A stretch of 64,000 nucleotides of DNA from an uncultured Planctomycetaceae bacterium. GTDB taxonomy: Bacteria; Planctomycetota; Planctomycetia; Planctomycetales; Planctomycetaceae. Shown here one piece after another: positions 9,144 through 19,379 of this stretch (position 1 is its first letter; the number at the start of each line of letters is the position of its first letter). The translations under genes and the position numbers were made by a program. The stretch is from positions 9,461-73,460 of the forward strand of contig CAXBME010000036.1 of NCBI GenBank assembly GCA_963976765.1, given 5' to 3'. The notes under the pieces were generated by a model. The model saw only the letters and a program-made list of their open reading frames with translations. It was not told the origin of the DNA and did not search any database.

Positions 9144-10220
9144 TCATTGCCGGGCTGCGACGCCGGGCAACTGCGGTCCAGCCGGGCCTGCTGGCTTCTT
9201 CGGGGCTGGCGGAAGCCGTTTGGCTGCCGCCGGCGACGGAACATACCGTTCGTTCGTGCTTGAAAGTGCTTTCATGGACGACGACGGTCCAAACGCGTTG
9301 AAGACATGGCCAGATCCGCTGCTTTGCCATTCAAGGATGATGCCGCGTTTCGTGTCAAATTCGACCGTGCCGAAACGTGAATGGTGGATGAGCTGTGCCT
9401 GGATTTGCGGGTCACGCTCGACGCTCAGCGGGAAGATGCGAAAGTGAATACTCGCAATGTCGTTGTCGAGTTTCTTCAGGGTGTATGTCCGACGAACGGT
9501 GACTCGCTTCTTGAGCGGTCTGGTCAGGTCACCGTCGACTGAAACGTCAATCAGGTAGTTGTCGGCCCATGCTTCACCAATAGCGATCGGTTCTTCAGGA
9601 AACGCGATCAGAAAGTTCTGCTTCTCCTGATCGTCTGTCGTTTGTTGTTCTTTATTCTGGGGAACGAGCGGCAAAATCTGCTCGACAGTTCCGTTCGCGG
9701 AATAGCGGATGCGCAGCGACGGTTTTCCAATGGTCTCTTCAACTTTCGCGAAGTCTTTGGAAGCTGGCTCTTTGTTGGCTGAGTCGTAGGTCACGGCGGG
9801 ATCGTTGTCGTTTCGAACTTCCATCTGAACGCGGTCGATGACCGGTTCGACAACCGCTGATCCGTTTTCGTCGACCGCGATGACTCGGAAGTGCTTGTTC
9901 GTCCGCCGGTTTTCCTTTGTCGACTGAGTTTGCTCGCGAGCCATCAGCGTCATCTCTGAACGCGAATCTTCCTCGTAGTGAACGTACTGGCCTTTTTTGA
10001 ACTGGTACCTCAGCAGGACGCTTTGTGGCGTTGGCTCAGTTTCTGAGTCCGTCGCCTGACCGGTGGCGACGTTGCTGCTGCCATCTTTTGAATCGGCCGG
10101 CTTTTCAGCAGTCGTGGTAGCGGCTTGCCCGGCGAGTAGCGGACTGTTGCCGGCAGCGAGGCAGAATGCGGTCGCGAAAGTCGAGCAGAGCAGGGCGGGC
10201 TTAATTGGAAAAGTAATCAT
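9144..10220 (-). CDS. Hypothetical secreted protein
   Basis: It has an N-terminal signal peptide (ALLCSTFATAFCLAAG), a Thr/Ser/acidic linker, a beta-rich body and a Pro/Lys-rich tail. I recognise no family. Confidence 0.65.
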   Translation of the reverse strand: MITFPIKPALLCSTFATAFCLAAGNSPLLAGQAATTTAEKPADSKDGSSNVATGQATDSETEPTPQSVLLRYQFKKGQYVHYEEDSRSEMTLMAREQTQSTKENRRTNKHFRVIAVDENGSAVVEPVIDRVQMEVRNDNDPAVTYDSANKEPASKDFAKVEETIGKPSLRIRYSANGTVEQILPLVPQNKEQQTTDDQEKQNFLIAFPEEPIAIGEAWADNYLIDVSVDGDLTRPLKKRVTVRRTYTLKKLDNDIASIHFRIFPLSVERDPQIQAQLIHHSRFGTVEFDTKRGIILEWQSSGSGHVFNAFGPSSSMKALSSTNERYVPSPAAAKRLPPAPKKPAGPAGPQLPGVAARQ

Positions 10221-10285
10221 CGAGCGTCCGTGCTGATTGAGATTGACGATTTATTCTGAGTTAGAAAGTCGCGGCCCGCCGAAGT

Positions 10286-11173
10286 TCAGTCTTCAAACTT
10301 CGGAACGTTTCCCGCTTCGGTGATGCTGTCGTCTGTGTGGTCGACGCTGGCGTCGGTGATCGCCTGCGGGCCATAGATCATGACCGGGACGATCAGTTGA
10401 TCGAATTCTGAGTCGTCTGTTTTGATCAGGATGACTGCCTGGTGGGTGCCTGGCGGCACGGCTCCGACGGCGACGTTGAGCCGACCAACGACGCCTTCTT
10501 CACGTTCCCGGCTGGTCAGTTCGGAAGAGGGCAGCACGCTGATGTTCAGCAGCTTTGACTGACTGGTGGCTTCCAGAACTTTCAGTCGATTGAACCGAAG
10601 GTCGGTGATGTCGACTGGTCGCTCGGTGACCTGGCTGTTTGGCTGGTGAAAAATCATTGCCTTTGGAGTCACAACGACCGACTGTTCCGGCAGCGTGATG
10701 CGGAAGACGAGGTCAGCTTTGTACTCGACATCCGGCTGGTCAACGGGGCCGTAAAATGCCTGGCAGGTGTACTGCTTGCTGCCGGGCGACTGGCTGGCCG
10801 TTTGAATCCACAGTTTAAAGCGACCGTTTTCGCCGGGAGCAATGATGTCCTTCTCGAATTGCTGAGTCAGGCAGCCGCAGCTCGTTTCGAGTCGTCGCAG
10901 CTGGATGGTCTGCTGACCACGATTGGTGAACGAGAAGTTTGCCCCGTGCGATCGCTGAACGGGCACATCGCCAAGGTTCACCATGTACTGATGAAAGGCC
11001 AGTGGCGGTCGTTCTTCGCCAGCTTCCATTGGCTGCGGTCGAGGTCCGACGGCCTGAAAACCGAGCCCACAAAACACAGGCAGCATGGCAACAAGCAACG
11101 GCAGAACCTGACGGAACCTGCCGCGTCTGTTGGAGTTTTTTTCTGCAGATGTGTCGACCGAGTGCTGGCTCAC
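10286..11173 (-). CDS. DUF1573 domain-containing protein
   Basis: A TM anchor is followed by the DUF1573 signature FSFTNRGQQTIQLRRLETSCGCL. It has a GTG start. Confidence 0.8.
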   Translation of the reverse strand: MSQHSVDTSAEKNSNRRGRFRQVLPLLVAMLPVFCGLGFQAVGPRPQPMEAGEERPPLAFHQYMVNLGDVPVQRSHGANFSFTNRGQQTIQLRRLETSCGCLTQQFEKDIIAPGENGRFKLWIQTASQSPGSKQYTCQAFYGPVDQPDVEYKADLVFRITLPEQSVVVTPKAMIFHQPNSQVTERPVDITDLRFNRLKVLEATSQSKLLNISVLPSSELTSREREEGVVGRLNVAVGAVPPGTHQAVILIKTDDSEFDQLIVPVMIYGPQAITDASVDHTDDSITEAGNVPKFED

Positions 11174-11286
11174 GCGACATCCCTTTCGCCGAAACCAGAG
11201 TGAAATTATCAGAGGCAGGCTTGTATCAGAAATTCCCGCAGACCGGCAAGACGAGCCGTCCCCGCAGCCCGAATCACTGTCCGGGC

Positions 11287-12369
11287 TCAGAAAAGTCGGA
11301 GTTGGCCGGATGATGGTTTCGGAGGGCGGAAGCCGGAACAGTCCAGTCGATCAATGCCTCGGTCGAGACCGTACTTTGCGGAGAAGACTCGGAACGTCTG
11401 TGAAATCTGTTCGGCGATGGGGCCGGAGCCTCGCATGCGGCTTCCAAAGTTGGCGTCGCTCATCGCTCCGTCGCGGCACGACTGAATTCGAGACTCGACG
11501 CGTTCTCGATCGAGCGGTCGCACCCGAGCCAGCCAGTCTTCGAAGATCGGATGAACGGCCAGCGGCAGGCGCAACAAAGTCCACGATGCCTTCTTCGCAC
11601 CAGATTCGAACGCGGCTTTAAGGATTGCCGGGATCTCGCTGTCGTTCAGGCCGGGGATTACCGGGCCGATCATCACCGAGACAGGCACGTTGGCGGCAGC
11701 CAGTTTCGAGATCGCTCGCAGCCTCGCGTCGGGAGTGCTGGTTTGAGGTTCCATCACACGAGCCAGTTCAGCGTCAAGAGTCGTCACGCTGATCGCAACG
11801 GTAATGACACGATGCCTGGCCATTTCACTCAGCACGTCCAGGTCACGCGTAACCAGAGCATTCTTTGTGACAATCCCGATCGGCTGTCTGGCTGCGGCGG
11901 CGACTTCCAGGCACTGCCTCGTCAGGCGGTAATCCCGTTCAATGGGCTGGTAACAGTCGGTGATACCCGAGAAAGCGATCAATTCAGGGTTCCAGTTATC
12001 GCGTGCCAGGAAGTCTCGGAAGAGTTCCGGAGCCCGTTCCTTCACAAAAATCTTCGACTCAAAATCCAGGCCTGCGTTGAGTCCGAGATATTCGTGAGTC
12101 GGTCTGGCGTAGCAGTACGAGCACCCGTGCAGGCAGCCTCGGTAAGGGTTGAGGCTGTAGTTGAAGTTCAGGTCGGGGCTGTCGTTTTTTGAGACGATAG
12201 TCCGGGACGTGTCCGGCAGGTACTGCGTTTTCAGGGTTCGCAGTTTCTCAAGAAATTCCTCGTCGTGTTCGACGTGCTCCAGATCGTCCTCGGCATGAGT
12301 CTGGCCGAAACGATTGGGAGGGGTGACATAGGCGCCTCGACCTTTCGCCGTGGGACGTTGGGCACTCAT
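11287..12369 (-). CDS. Radical SAM protein (PA0069 / SplB-like family)
   Basis: The CxxxCxxC cluster is in the context NPYRGCLHGCSYCYARPTHEYLG. The N-terminal GRGAYVTPPNRF is typical of the PA0069 family. Confidence 0.85.
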   Translation of the reverse strand: MSAQRPTAKGRGAYVTPPNRFGQTHAEDDLEHVEHDEEFLEKLRTLKTQYLPDTSRTIVSKNDSPDLNFNYSLNPYRGCLHGCSYCYARPTHEYLGLNAGLDFESKIFVKERAPELFRDFLARDNWNPELIAFSGITDCYQPIERDYRLTRQCLEVAAAARQPIGIVTKNALVTRDLDVLSEMARHRVITVAISVTTLDAELARVMEPQTSTPDARLRAISKLAAANVPVSVMIGPVIPGLNDSEIPAILKAAFESGAKKASWTLLRLPLAVHPIFEDWLARVRPLDRERVESRIQSCRDGAMSDANFGSRMRGSGPIAEQISQTFRVFSAKYGLDRGIDRLDCSGFRPPKPSSGQLRLF

Positions 12370-12563
12370 GGAACGCGCCTTTGTGAAAGTCCGGGAAACG
12401 TTGTCATCAGAAACCGCCGTCGCGGGAAATCTTATGAAAGGCTCTGCCTTGCGGCAGTCGGCGATTCTCTTTCCACTATGTCGCCTTCACCGAAACAGCA
12501 CCCGACGAGTGTTTCAGAAATCAGCATCCTCGGCACCACTGTCGAGCAATCATCGAGAGTGTA

Positions 12564-13694
12564 ATGACAAACAGGTTTCCCGCAGCGTTGATCTGCCTTT
12601 TGACGATCGTAAACGTCGTCGGTTTTTCCGTTCAGGCCCAGGATGACTGGGAAGTGACGGCTGGTGGCGAGGCTTCGCTGGCAAGTGGGCTGGAATGGCT
12701 CGCTCGAAACCAGGGACCGCAGGGGAACTGGGAATCGAATGACCTGGGGCTGGTCGGGATGGGGGCGCTGGCGTTTCTGGCCGACGGCCATTTGCCCGGA
12801 CGGGGCAAGTATGGTGACGTGGTCGAGCGGGCGCTGGATTACGTCATCCGGAACGCCCAGCCGTCTGGACTGCTGAACATCGCTGACCCGCAGCGAGACA
12901 TGTACAACCACGGTCTCGCAACATTTGTGCTTGGTCAGGCTCACGGAATGACAAACGACAAGCGAATCTCAGGCGTGCTGGAGCAGGCTCTGCGGCTGAT
13001 CGCGAATACTCAGTCCCGAGACGGCGGGTGGGATTATCGTGCTCGGCGGCAGAATTACGGGCACGATCTGAGTCTGGTCGTGATGCAGGCGAAGGCGCTG
13101 CGAAGCGCGGTCGACAGTGGCCTGGAAGTTCGCAACGACGTGATTCAGCTTTCGATTCAAAGCGTCCGTCAGAAGTACAAAGCGACGAACGGCGCCCGCA
13201 GCCTGGACGACCCTCGCATCAAGGAAGGTCCTGGCCAGTTCACCTACGACGGGCACAACGGCACAACCGCAATGGCCGCCGCTGGCGTTGTCTGTCTGCA
13301 GGAATTCGGTCAGTACGACGACTGGCGGATTCCGAAAAATCTCGACGTACTCGCGGCTGCGGTCAAAGATTTGAAGGATCCGCGACAGGGCGATGGGCGG
13401 GTTCCGTTTGACGCGTACACTCTGTACTACGTTGGGCAGGCTTTGTACCAGGTCGGCGGCGGATCGTGGAAAGAAAGTTACCCGGTGCTTCGAGATCAGC
13501 TGATTACTGCTCAGGTCAGAAAGCCCGGCGATCCGGGCGATGATGGCTCGTGGCGAGACCCGCGTTACGTTACCGGAGGCAAGCCGTCAAAGTTGTTCGG
13601 AACGTCCGTTGCGTGCTTTATTCTCGCGATTCCAAACCGCTACCTGCCGATCCTGCAGGAAGGCAAAATCGAGAGCGTCCGCAAACGCTTCTGA
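12564..13694 (+). CDS. Secreted prenyltransferase/squalene-oxidase-repeat (terpenoid cyclase-like alpha-alpha toroid) protein
   Basis: It has a signal peptide plus repeated QW-like motifs: NQGPQGNWES, QSRDGGWDY, GDDGSWRD. Confidence 0.75.
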   Translation: MTNRFPAALICLLTIVNVVGFSVQAQDDWEVTAGGEASLASGLEWLARNQGPQGNWESNDLGLVGMGALAFLADGHLPGRGKYGDVVERALDYVIRNAQPSGLLNIADPQRDMYNHGLATFVLGQAHGMTNDKRISGVLEQALRLIANTQSRDGGWDYRARRQNYGHDLSLVVMQAKALRSAVDSGLEVRNDVIQLSIQSVRQKYKATNGARSLDDPRIKEGPGQFTYDGHNGTTAMAAAGVVCLQEFGQYDDWRIPKNLDVLAAAVKDLKDPRQGDGRVPFDAYTLYYVGQALYQVGGGSWKESYPVLRDQLITAQVRKPGDPGDDGSWRDPRYVTGGKPSKLFGTSVACFILAIPNRYLPILQEGKIESVRKRF

Positions 13695-13776
13695 CAAGGG
13701 TGGAGCCCTTGACCCGATGCGAGCTTCCGCTCGAAAAAGCATTATTCGCCCTGCGCCCTCCCTGAGCTGACGTTTC

Positions 13777-14949
13777 ATGATCTGGCTGCACCTGATCTGG
13801 TTCGCAATTCTGTCGATCGGAAACGCTGAATTTCTGGTGACAATCGTCAATCGAATTCACGCGTTGAAGATTCGTGAGCCTCGGCTGCGGCACGTGCGAC
13901 ACTTCCACGATCTGCTCATCCCGCTGTGGCCGTCGTGGCTGATCGTTGTGATTGGTTTCACGCAGCCCGGTGTGCTACTGATCGATGTCTCGCCGAGTGA
14001 CGTCTGGTTGCAACTGCCGCTGATGGTTCAAGGCTGGATGCTCGTCTGCATGGCGGGCTTTCTGGGCTTCAGCTGGTCAGTGATTCGATACTGGACGTAC
14101 CACGCTCCGCGTCAGCAGGTCGAATTCTCATCAACGAACGTCGATTTTGAAGTTGAGCTGGGAAGTCGACCGATCGGCGTTGGACCATACGTGTCGCTAC
14201 TGGACTTTCCGGTCAATGACTGCTTCAAGGTCGACTTCACCGAACGGACGTTTCAGCTCGAACGATTGCCTCGGGAATGGGACGGGCTTTCGATTCTGCA
14301 CCTGACTGATCTGCATTTTACCGGGGCGATTGACCTTCCGTTCTTCGAAGCAGTTTTCGAGCGAGTGACTCAATGGGACTACGACATCGCTGTGATTACT
14401 GGCGACATTATGGATTCTGAAGAGTTGTTCGGCTGGTTGCCGAAAACGCTTGGGAAAATTGATGCGCCGCTCGGTAACTATTTCATCCTTGGAAATCACG
14501 ACTGGGGGCTCGATTCGGACCGGATTCGCCAGGCGGTTTGTGATCTCGGGTGGCGGAACGTGGCCGGAACGATTCAGACGCTCGACATTGCTGGGAAGCG
14601 ACTTGCGATTGGGGGTTCCGAGCGTCCCTGGATGGGTCGCCACCCGGCATTTGAATCCCTCCCGGATGGCATATTCCGGCTTCTGTTGAGCCATTGTCCT
14701 GACAATCTCTCATGGGCTCGGCGTCAGCATGTCGATCTGATGCTCGCAGGCCACAATCACGGGGGGCAGGTTCTCCTTCCGGGAATCGGGCCTGTTTATT
14801 CACCAAGTGTTTACGGGTGTCGATATTCTTCTGGAGTTTTTAGTTCCGGGTCAGTTGTGATGTCTGTCGGACGCGGCCTGTCAGGCAAACATCCCCTGCG
14901 AATTGGAGCGACTCCCGAAGTCTGTCGCGTTGTTCTTAAAGCGTGCTGA
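13777..14949 (+). CDS. Membrane-anchored metallophosphoesterase
   Basis: N-terminal TM helices are followed by calcineurin-like motifs: LHLTDLHF, TGDIMD, LGNHDW, AGHNHGGQ. Confidence 0.85.
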   Translation: MIWLHLIWFAILSIGNAEFLVTIVNRIHALKIREPRLRHVRHFHDLLIPLWPSWLIVVIGFTQPGVLLIDVSPSDVWLQLPLMVQGWMLVCMAGFLGFSWSVIRYWTYHAPRQQVEFSSTNVDFEVELGSRPIGVGPYVSLLDFPVNDCFKVDFTERTFQLERLPREWDGLSILHLTDLHFTGAIDLPFFEAVFERVTQWDYDIAVITGDIMDSEELFGWLPKTLGKIDAPLGNYFILGNHDWGLDSDRIRQAVCDLGWRNVAGTIQTLDIAGKRLAIGGSERPWMGRHPAFESLPDGIFRLLLSHCPDNLSWARRQHVDLMLAGHNHGGQVLLPGIGPVYSPSVYGCRYSSGVFSSGSVVMSVGRGLSGKHPLRIGATPEVCRVVLKAC

Positions 14950-15080
14950 TTTCAGTGTCTGGGCATTTACTGATTGCTGTTTGAGGATTTCTCGATTCCC
15001 ACTATGAAACGTGATGAAGGTCCAGGCTACCGGAGCAATGAGACCTCAGCAGTGATCATTAAAAGTGTGGGAGTCCAGAA

Positions 15081-15239
15081 ATGCGAGGACGCATCATTTG
15101 CCTTGGGGTCGTTCTGACGGCCATTGCTGGATGTCAAATGGGACAGTTTTCACTGAAGCTGAATCGTGATCATGTGATTCCGCTTCCCGAGGTCAATGTT
15201 CTCCCTGAACAATTTGAACCAGAAATATCCGAAGACTGA
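15081..15239 (+). CDS. Small putative lipoprotein (52 aa; below the ORF-track cutoff)
   Basis: My hand translation is MRGRIICLGVVLTAIAGCQMGQFSLKLNRDHVIPLPEVNVLPEQFEPEISED. It has a lipobox (IAGC) after a hydrophobic h-region and an acidic tail. Confidence 0.4.
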   Translation: MRGRIICLGVVLTAIAGCQMGQFSLKLNRDHVIPLPEVNVLPEQFEPEISED

Positions 15240-15290
15240 ATTTTCTCGACCTGCCTGCATCTCAATCAAACCTACTCGTCAGGATTTCTG

Positions 15291-15629
15291 ATGATTCCAT
15301 CGTTTTCGGGCTTTTTGTCACCACTGGTGGTCTGCGTCGCTGTCTTTTCAGTCGGATGTCAGAGCGTTGGTTCTCAGCAATCGGCTGCTGTTCTTGAGCC
15401 GCCTGACACAATTCGGACGGTAAAAGCTGATACAGACACCACTGACAGTGGTCCGGTCATTCTGCTGAACCGTGACATTCAGGCTCGCAATCAAAAGTTC
15501 AGTGAGGACTCGTCCGGGCAGACTTTATGGTCGAAGTTAAGTTCTCCGACGAGGTTTCTTCTGCCGCGAACCGATTCTGATTCTTCGGCAGTTCTTGAGG
15601 ACGCTCAAGGGCTCGACGACGGGTTCTGA
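15291..15629 (+). CDS. Small putative lipoprotein (112 aa)
   Basis: It has a signal peptide with a lipobox-like FSVGC, a Ser/Asp-rich mature part and an acidic C-terminus. Confidence 0.55.
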   Translation: MIPSFSGFLSPLVVCVAVFSVGCQSVGSQQSAAVLEPPDTIRTVKADTDTTDSGPVILLNRDIQARNQKFSEDSSGQTLWSKLSSPTRFLLPRTDSDSSAVLEDAQGLDDGF

Positions 15630-15933
15630 TTTGGCGACGTCGCTTTGCACCTCACCGCCAGGAGCGAGCGTCATTCAGGTCTCACCTGATGCCGATTTGG
15701 GTTTGCATGACCTTGATTTAGTCTGCGACGAATCGGGCTGTCACACCATCCGCCGCAGGACTGCCGAAGTTTCGCGTCAGGTGAGGCCGGCACCTGGTGC
15801 AATTTGCTGATCCTGGGAACTCAAATGCTTCCCTGGTAGCGTCCCGGAAGAAGCCGGCATATCATCCCGACTGGTTTGCAGAGACATATTTACCAGGCCA
15901 GATTCACCATCCTGATCCGGAGAGATTAATTCC

Positions 15934-16257
15934 GTGCAAATTAAAGTCTCAAGTCGTCACGGCACAGTTCGCCCCGAAGCACATGAGCACATCACGTCGA
16001 AAGCTGAGAAGCTGCTCACTTTTTTCGAGCGAGTCACCGAAATCAACGTTACCGTTGACTTTGAGCACGAAAAGGCGGCCGTTGAAATTCTTGTCGACAC
16101 GGAACATAAGCACGATTTTGTTGCGACTTCTGAAGGCGACGACGTCAGTGCGACGTTTGATGCCGCCCTTCATAAGATGGAGCAGCAGATTCGGAAGTAC
16201 AAAGAGAAACTGCAGGATCACCGCCGCGATACTCCAATGAGTGGCCCTCCAGAGTAA
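15934..16257 (+). CDS. hpf: Ribosome hibernation promoting factor (short HPF/RaiA type)
   Basis: MQIKVSSRHGTVRPEAHEHITSKAEKL...ATFDAALHKMEQQIRKYKEKL matches the HPF/YfiA fold signature. It has a GTG start. Confidence 0.9.
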   Translation: MQIKVSSRHGTVRPEAHEHITSKAEKLLTFFERVTEINVTVDFEHEKAAVEILVDTEHKHDFVATSEGDDVSATFDAALHKMEQQIRKYKEKLQDHRRDTPMSGPPE

Positions 16258-16554
16258 AGAGCGAGGAGACAACGTCACCTGTTCAGGGCGTCGTCAGGTG
16301 TTATAAGTGTTTCGGAGAATGACGCGGGCAAAACGAATCTGTCTGGCCTCAGTGTTTGTGCGATTCCATTGACTCGCTCAGTTTTCCGACCTACCGTCCC
16401 CGCGGTTGCAGTTGACGCCGCTGTATTTCGCACATCAATCAAAGCCAGGACTTCGTGATCACTGGTCAGACAACTGCGATCTCAACGTTGTTTACTGAAG
16501 CGTGAGTGAGGCAGTTTTTGCGAGTTCACAAGAAAGCGTTGCTGAGGAATTCCG

Positions 16555-17031
16555 ATGAAGTTGAACGAGTTTGTAGTTGCAGACGCTATCGTCCCGGACC
16601 TGCAGGCGGCATCCAAGGAAGACGCCATTCGAGTCATGGTCGCCAGTTTGAAAAGTTCGGGAGCGATTCCTGAAGCAGATGAAGAGGGGATCGTCGCTGC
16701 GATCCTGAAACGAGAAGAGCTTGGGTCAACGGGTATTGGAAATGGTGTCGCGGTGCCGCACACAAAGCACCCATCCGTTGATCGACTGGTGGCAACGGTC
16801 GGCCTTTCAAAAGCAGGGGTCGATTTTGCCAGTCTGGATGGCGAGGACGTTTTTATCCTCTTCCTGCTGGTTTCTCCTCCAGACCGTCCTGGTGATCATC
16901 TCCGTGGCTTGGAAAATATTTCACGTCACCTTCGCGATCAGACGTTCTGTAGTTTTCTGCGTCAGTCGAGCACAAAGCAGGACATCATTGACCTTCTCGA
17001 CGAAGCAGATGGCAATCAGCCGTCGAAGTAG
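16555..17031 (+). CDS. ptsN: PTS EIIA(Ntr)-type protein
   Basis: The EIIA-2 domain has the active-site context [18 protein letters not shown]. It is positioned after hpf, as in nitrogen-PTS clusters. Confidence 0.9.
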   Translation: MKLNEFVVADAIVPDLQAASKEDAIRVMVASLKSSGAIPEADEEGIVAAILKREELGSTGIGNGVAVPHTKHPSVDRLVATVGLSKAGVDFASLDGEDVFILFLLVSPPDRPGDHLRGLENISRHLRDQTFCSFLRQSSTKQDIIDLLDEADGNQPSK

Positions 17032-17099
17032 TGCCGTCGCCTGGTCAGCGAATATCGTAGCCTCGTGTCTTGCCTGACCGATTTCACAATTCCAGATTT

Positions 17100-17405
17100 A
17101 TGTCAAATTTTATGAGCGACGCCGTCACCGCAAATGTGACTGTGCCTGGTGCGAATGGATTGCACATGGTGCCCTGTTCGCTGATCGCTCAGCGTGCGTC
17201 GAAATTTGTATGCCAGATAACGATCCGGAAAGGCAACACGACGGCAGACGCTCGTAACATTTTCGAACTGCTCGGACTTGGGGCTGCAGAAGGCACTGAT
17301 CTGGAGTGCAAAGCTTCAGGAGAGGATGCTTCGCAGGCCGTCGCAAGCCTCGTGGACCTTTTCGAGTCGGGGTTCGAGGGACACGCTCACCGAACTTCCA
17401 ATTGA
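17100..17405 (+). CDS. ptsH: HPr-family phosphocarrier (NPr-like)
   Basis: The active-site His is in NGLHMVPCS (canonical GLHARPA), with a downstream HPr-fold pattern. An alternative start is ATG 17112. The listed TTG at 17070 is unlikely. Confidence 0.8.
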   Translation: MSNFMSDAVTANVTVPGANGLHMVPCSLIAQRASKFVCQITIRKGNTTADARNIFELLGLGAAEGTDLECKASGEDASQAVASLVDLFESGFEGHAHRTSN

Positions 17406-17516
17406 AACTGAGCTTGTGCTTCAAGTGCTCAATAATCTCTGAATGACTCGGCTGGTTTTCCGATGAGTCCCTGCGGTTGTTGATTTCGCCTGTTTTCATT
17501 TTTAGCTGGAAGAACG

Positions 17517-19283
17517 ATGCTCACTCGGACGGGAATTGCAGTTTCTCCTGGCGTTGCCATCAGCCCTGCGATGCTGTTTGGTTCGCAGGGGTTTCGTATT
17601 CCTCAACGGTTTGTGAGTGTCGACGCTGTTGATTCTGAAGTCAGCCGGTTTCACGCTTCTGTCGAGATTGTCAGCGACGCACTTGGTGAGAACGAGCGGG
17701 TTGCCCGTGAGCAGCTCGGTGATCAGTACGCTGCGATTTTCAGTGCTCACCGGATGATGCTTCGCGATCCGAAGTTAAACAGTGAAATCGAGTCTCTGAT
17801 TCGGACGAAATGTTTTTCGCCCGAATTTGCCGCCAGTCGAGTTCTGCGTAACTACGCAAAGACGCTGCAGAACCTTGGCAATGCGTATCTGGCTGAGCGA
17901 GCCGCTGACGTTTTCGATCTCGAAAAGCGACTCCTGAAGACACTCCTCGGCGAAAAGCGCCCGGAGCTGTCACACCTCACCGAACCGGTGGTCGTCCTTG
18001 CCCACAACCTGACGCCTGGTGAAACCGCCAATCTCAACCGTGACTTCGTTAAGGGGTTCGCGACCGAAGCTGGCGGACACACCAGTCACACAGCCATTCT
18101 CGCGGGGGCGCTCGAAATTCCGGCGGTCGTCGGAATCGGGAAGTTTCTCGCCGATGTCTCTGCTGGCGACGTGGTGATCATTGATGGCAACCGCGGGGAA
18201 GTCATCATTGATCCGGACGAGGCAACAATCGCCCGGTATCAGGATTCTCTCAAACAGCGCGAGACCGAGTCAGAGCGGCTTGCCGCCCTGAACACGATTG
18301 AAGCTCGAACGAACGATAATGTTCGGATTCAGGTGCTCGGCAACATTGAGTTTCCTCAGGAAGTCGCTCAGTGTGCAAAGCGAGGGGCGGATGGCATCGG
18401 GCTCTATCGGACTGAGTTTCTGTATCTTGGCTCTGATCACGAACCGACGGAAGAAGAGCATTACGACGCCTATCGCAGCGTGATTCGCGAAATGGGTGAC
18501 CATCCGATTGTCATTAGAACGCTGGATCTGGGCGCTGATAAGATTCCTGGTGACATCGAGGAATTCCGTACCAAGGCAGACAATCCAGCGCTGGGGCTGC
18601 GGAGTATCAGACTCAGCCTGCGACACCTTGGCCAGTTCAAGACACAGCTTCGAGCGATCCTCCGGGCGGCCGTTCATGGTGATATTCGTATCATGTTCCC
18701 GCTGGTGACGACTCTTCTGGAATTGCGACGAGCCAGAATGATTCTTACAGACGTGATCGAGGACCTGGAAGAAGAGAAGGCTGAATTTCGTCGGGACATC
18801 CCTGTTGGAATGATGGTTGAGGTTCCGGCGGCGGCTCTGCTGGCGAAGAACTTTGCACGGGAAGTCGACTTTTTTTCGATAGGAACAAACGACCTCATTC
18901 AGTACACGATGGCGGTCGACCGGGCCGAGCCCTCAGTAGCCAGCTTGTACCGTGCGGGTGATCCATCTATCCTCCGGCTGATCCAGATGGTCATCGAAGC
19001 CGGTCAGATTGAAGGGATCCCCGTGACCGTCTGCGGACAAATGAGTTCAGATCCCAAATTCATTCCACTTTTGCTGGGACTTGGAATCCGAAACGTCAGC
19101 GTTACGCCAATCTCTGTTCCAGAAGTAAAGGATGTTGTCCGGAATTTCTCCATCAACGATGCTGAGCAGATCGCGAAACATGCGTTGTCTCTGGATGTGG
19201 CCCGTGATGTGGAGAACTTCCTGCGGAACGAATTGAATCGCCTTTGTCCGGACCGACTTTCGGACACGCCGCAAGCTCAGTGA
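17517..19283 (+). CDS. ptsI: Phosphoenolpyruvate-protein phosphotransferase (Enzyme I; no N-terminal GAF domain)
   Basis: The phospho-His motif is GGHTSHTAILAGALEIPAVVG. The PEP-utilising TIM barrel shows LYRTEFLY, IRTLDLGADK and FFSIGTNDLIQY. Confidence 0.92.
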   Translation: MLTRTGIAVSPGVAISPAMLFGSQGFRIPQRFVSVDAVDSEVSRFHASVEIVSDALGENERVAREQLGDQYAAIFSAHRMMLRDPKLNSEIESLIRTKCFSPEFAASRVLRNYAKTLQNLGNAYLAERAADVFDLEKRLLKTLLGEKRPELSHLTEPVVVLAHNLTPGETANLNRDFVKGFATEAGGHTSHTAILAGALEIPAVVGIGKFLADVSAGDVVIIDGNRGEVIIDPDEATIARYQDSLKQRETESERLAALNTIEARTNDNVRIQVLGNIEFPQEVAQCAKRGADGIGLYRTEFLYLGSDHEPTEEEHYDAYRSVIREMGDHPIVIRTLDLGADKIPGDIEEFRTKADNPALGLRSIRLSLRHLGQFKTQLRAILRAAVHGDIRIMFPLVTTLLELRRARMILTDVIEDLEEEKAEFRRDIPVGMMVEVPAAALLAKNFAREVDFFSIGTNDLIQYTMAVDRAEPSVASLYRAGDPSILRLIQMVIEAGQIEGIPVTVCGQMSSDPKFIPLLLGLGIRNVSVTPISVPEVKDVVRNFSINDAEQIAKHALSLDVARDVENFLRNELNRLCPDRLSDTPQAQ

Positions 19284-19354
19284 CGACCAGCACTCAGCGA
19301 CAACGAACACTCAGAATCAACCAGTCTTTGATAGCAGACAATTTCATTCAGTGA

Positions 19355-19379
19355 CGGGCGATCGACAGTTTCGTCGCCC
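19355..19379 (+). terminator. Hairpin downstream of ptsI (possible terminator)
   Basis: GGGCGATCGA / TCGTCGCCC form a 9-bp stem with one T-T mismatch and a 5-nt loop, followed by ATTTCAAAA. Confidence 0.4.

Noticed and set aside
15789-15807. Sigma-54-like GGCAC...TTGC sequence upstream of hpf.
   Set aside because: The GG-to-GC spacing is wrong for both possible GG dinucleotides: the required GG-N10-GC is not met.
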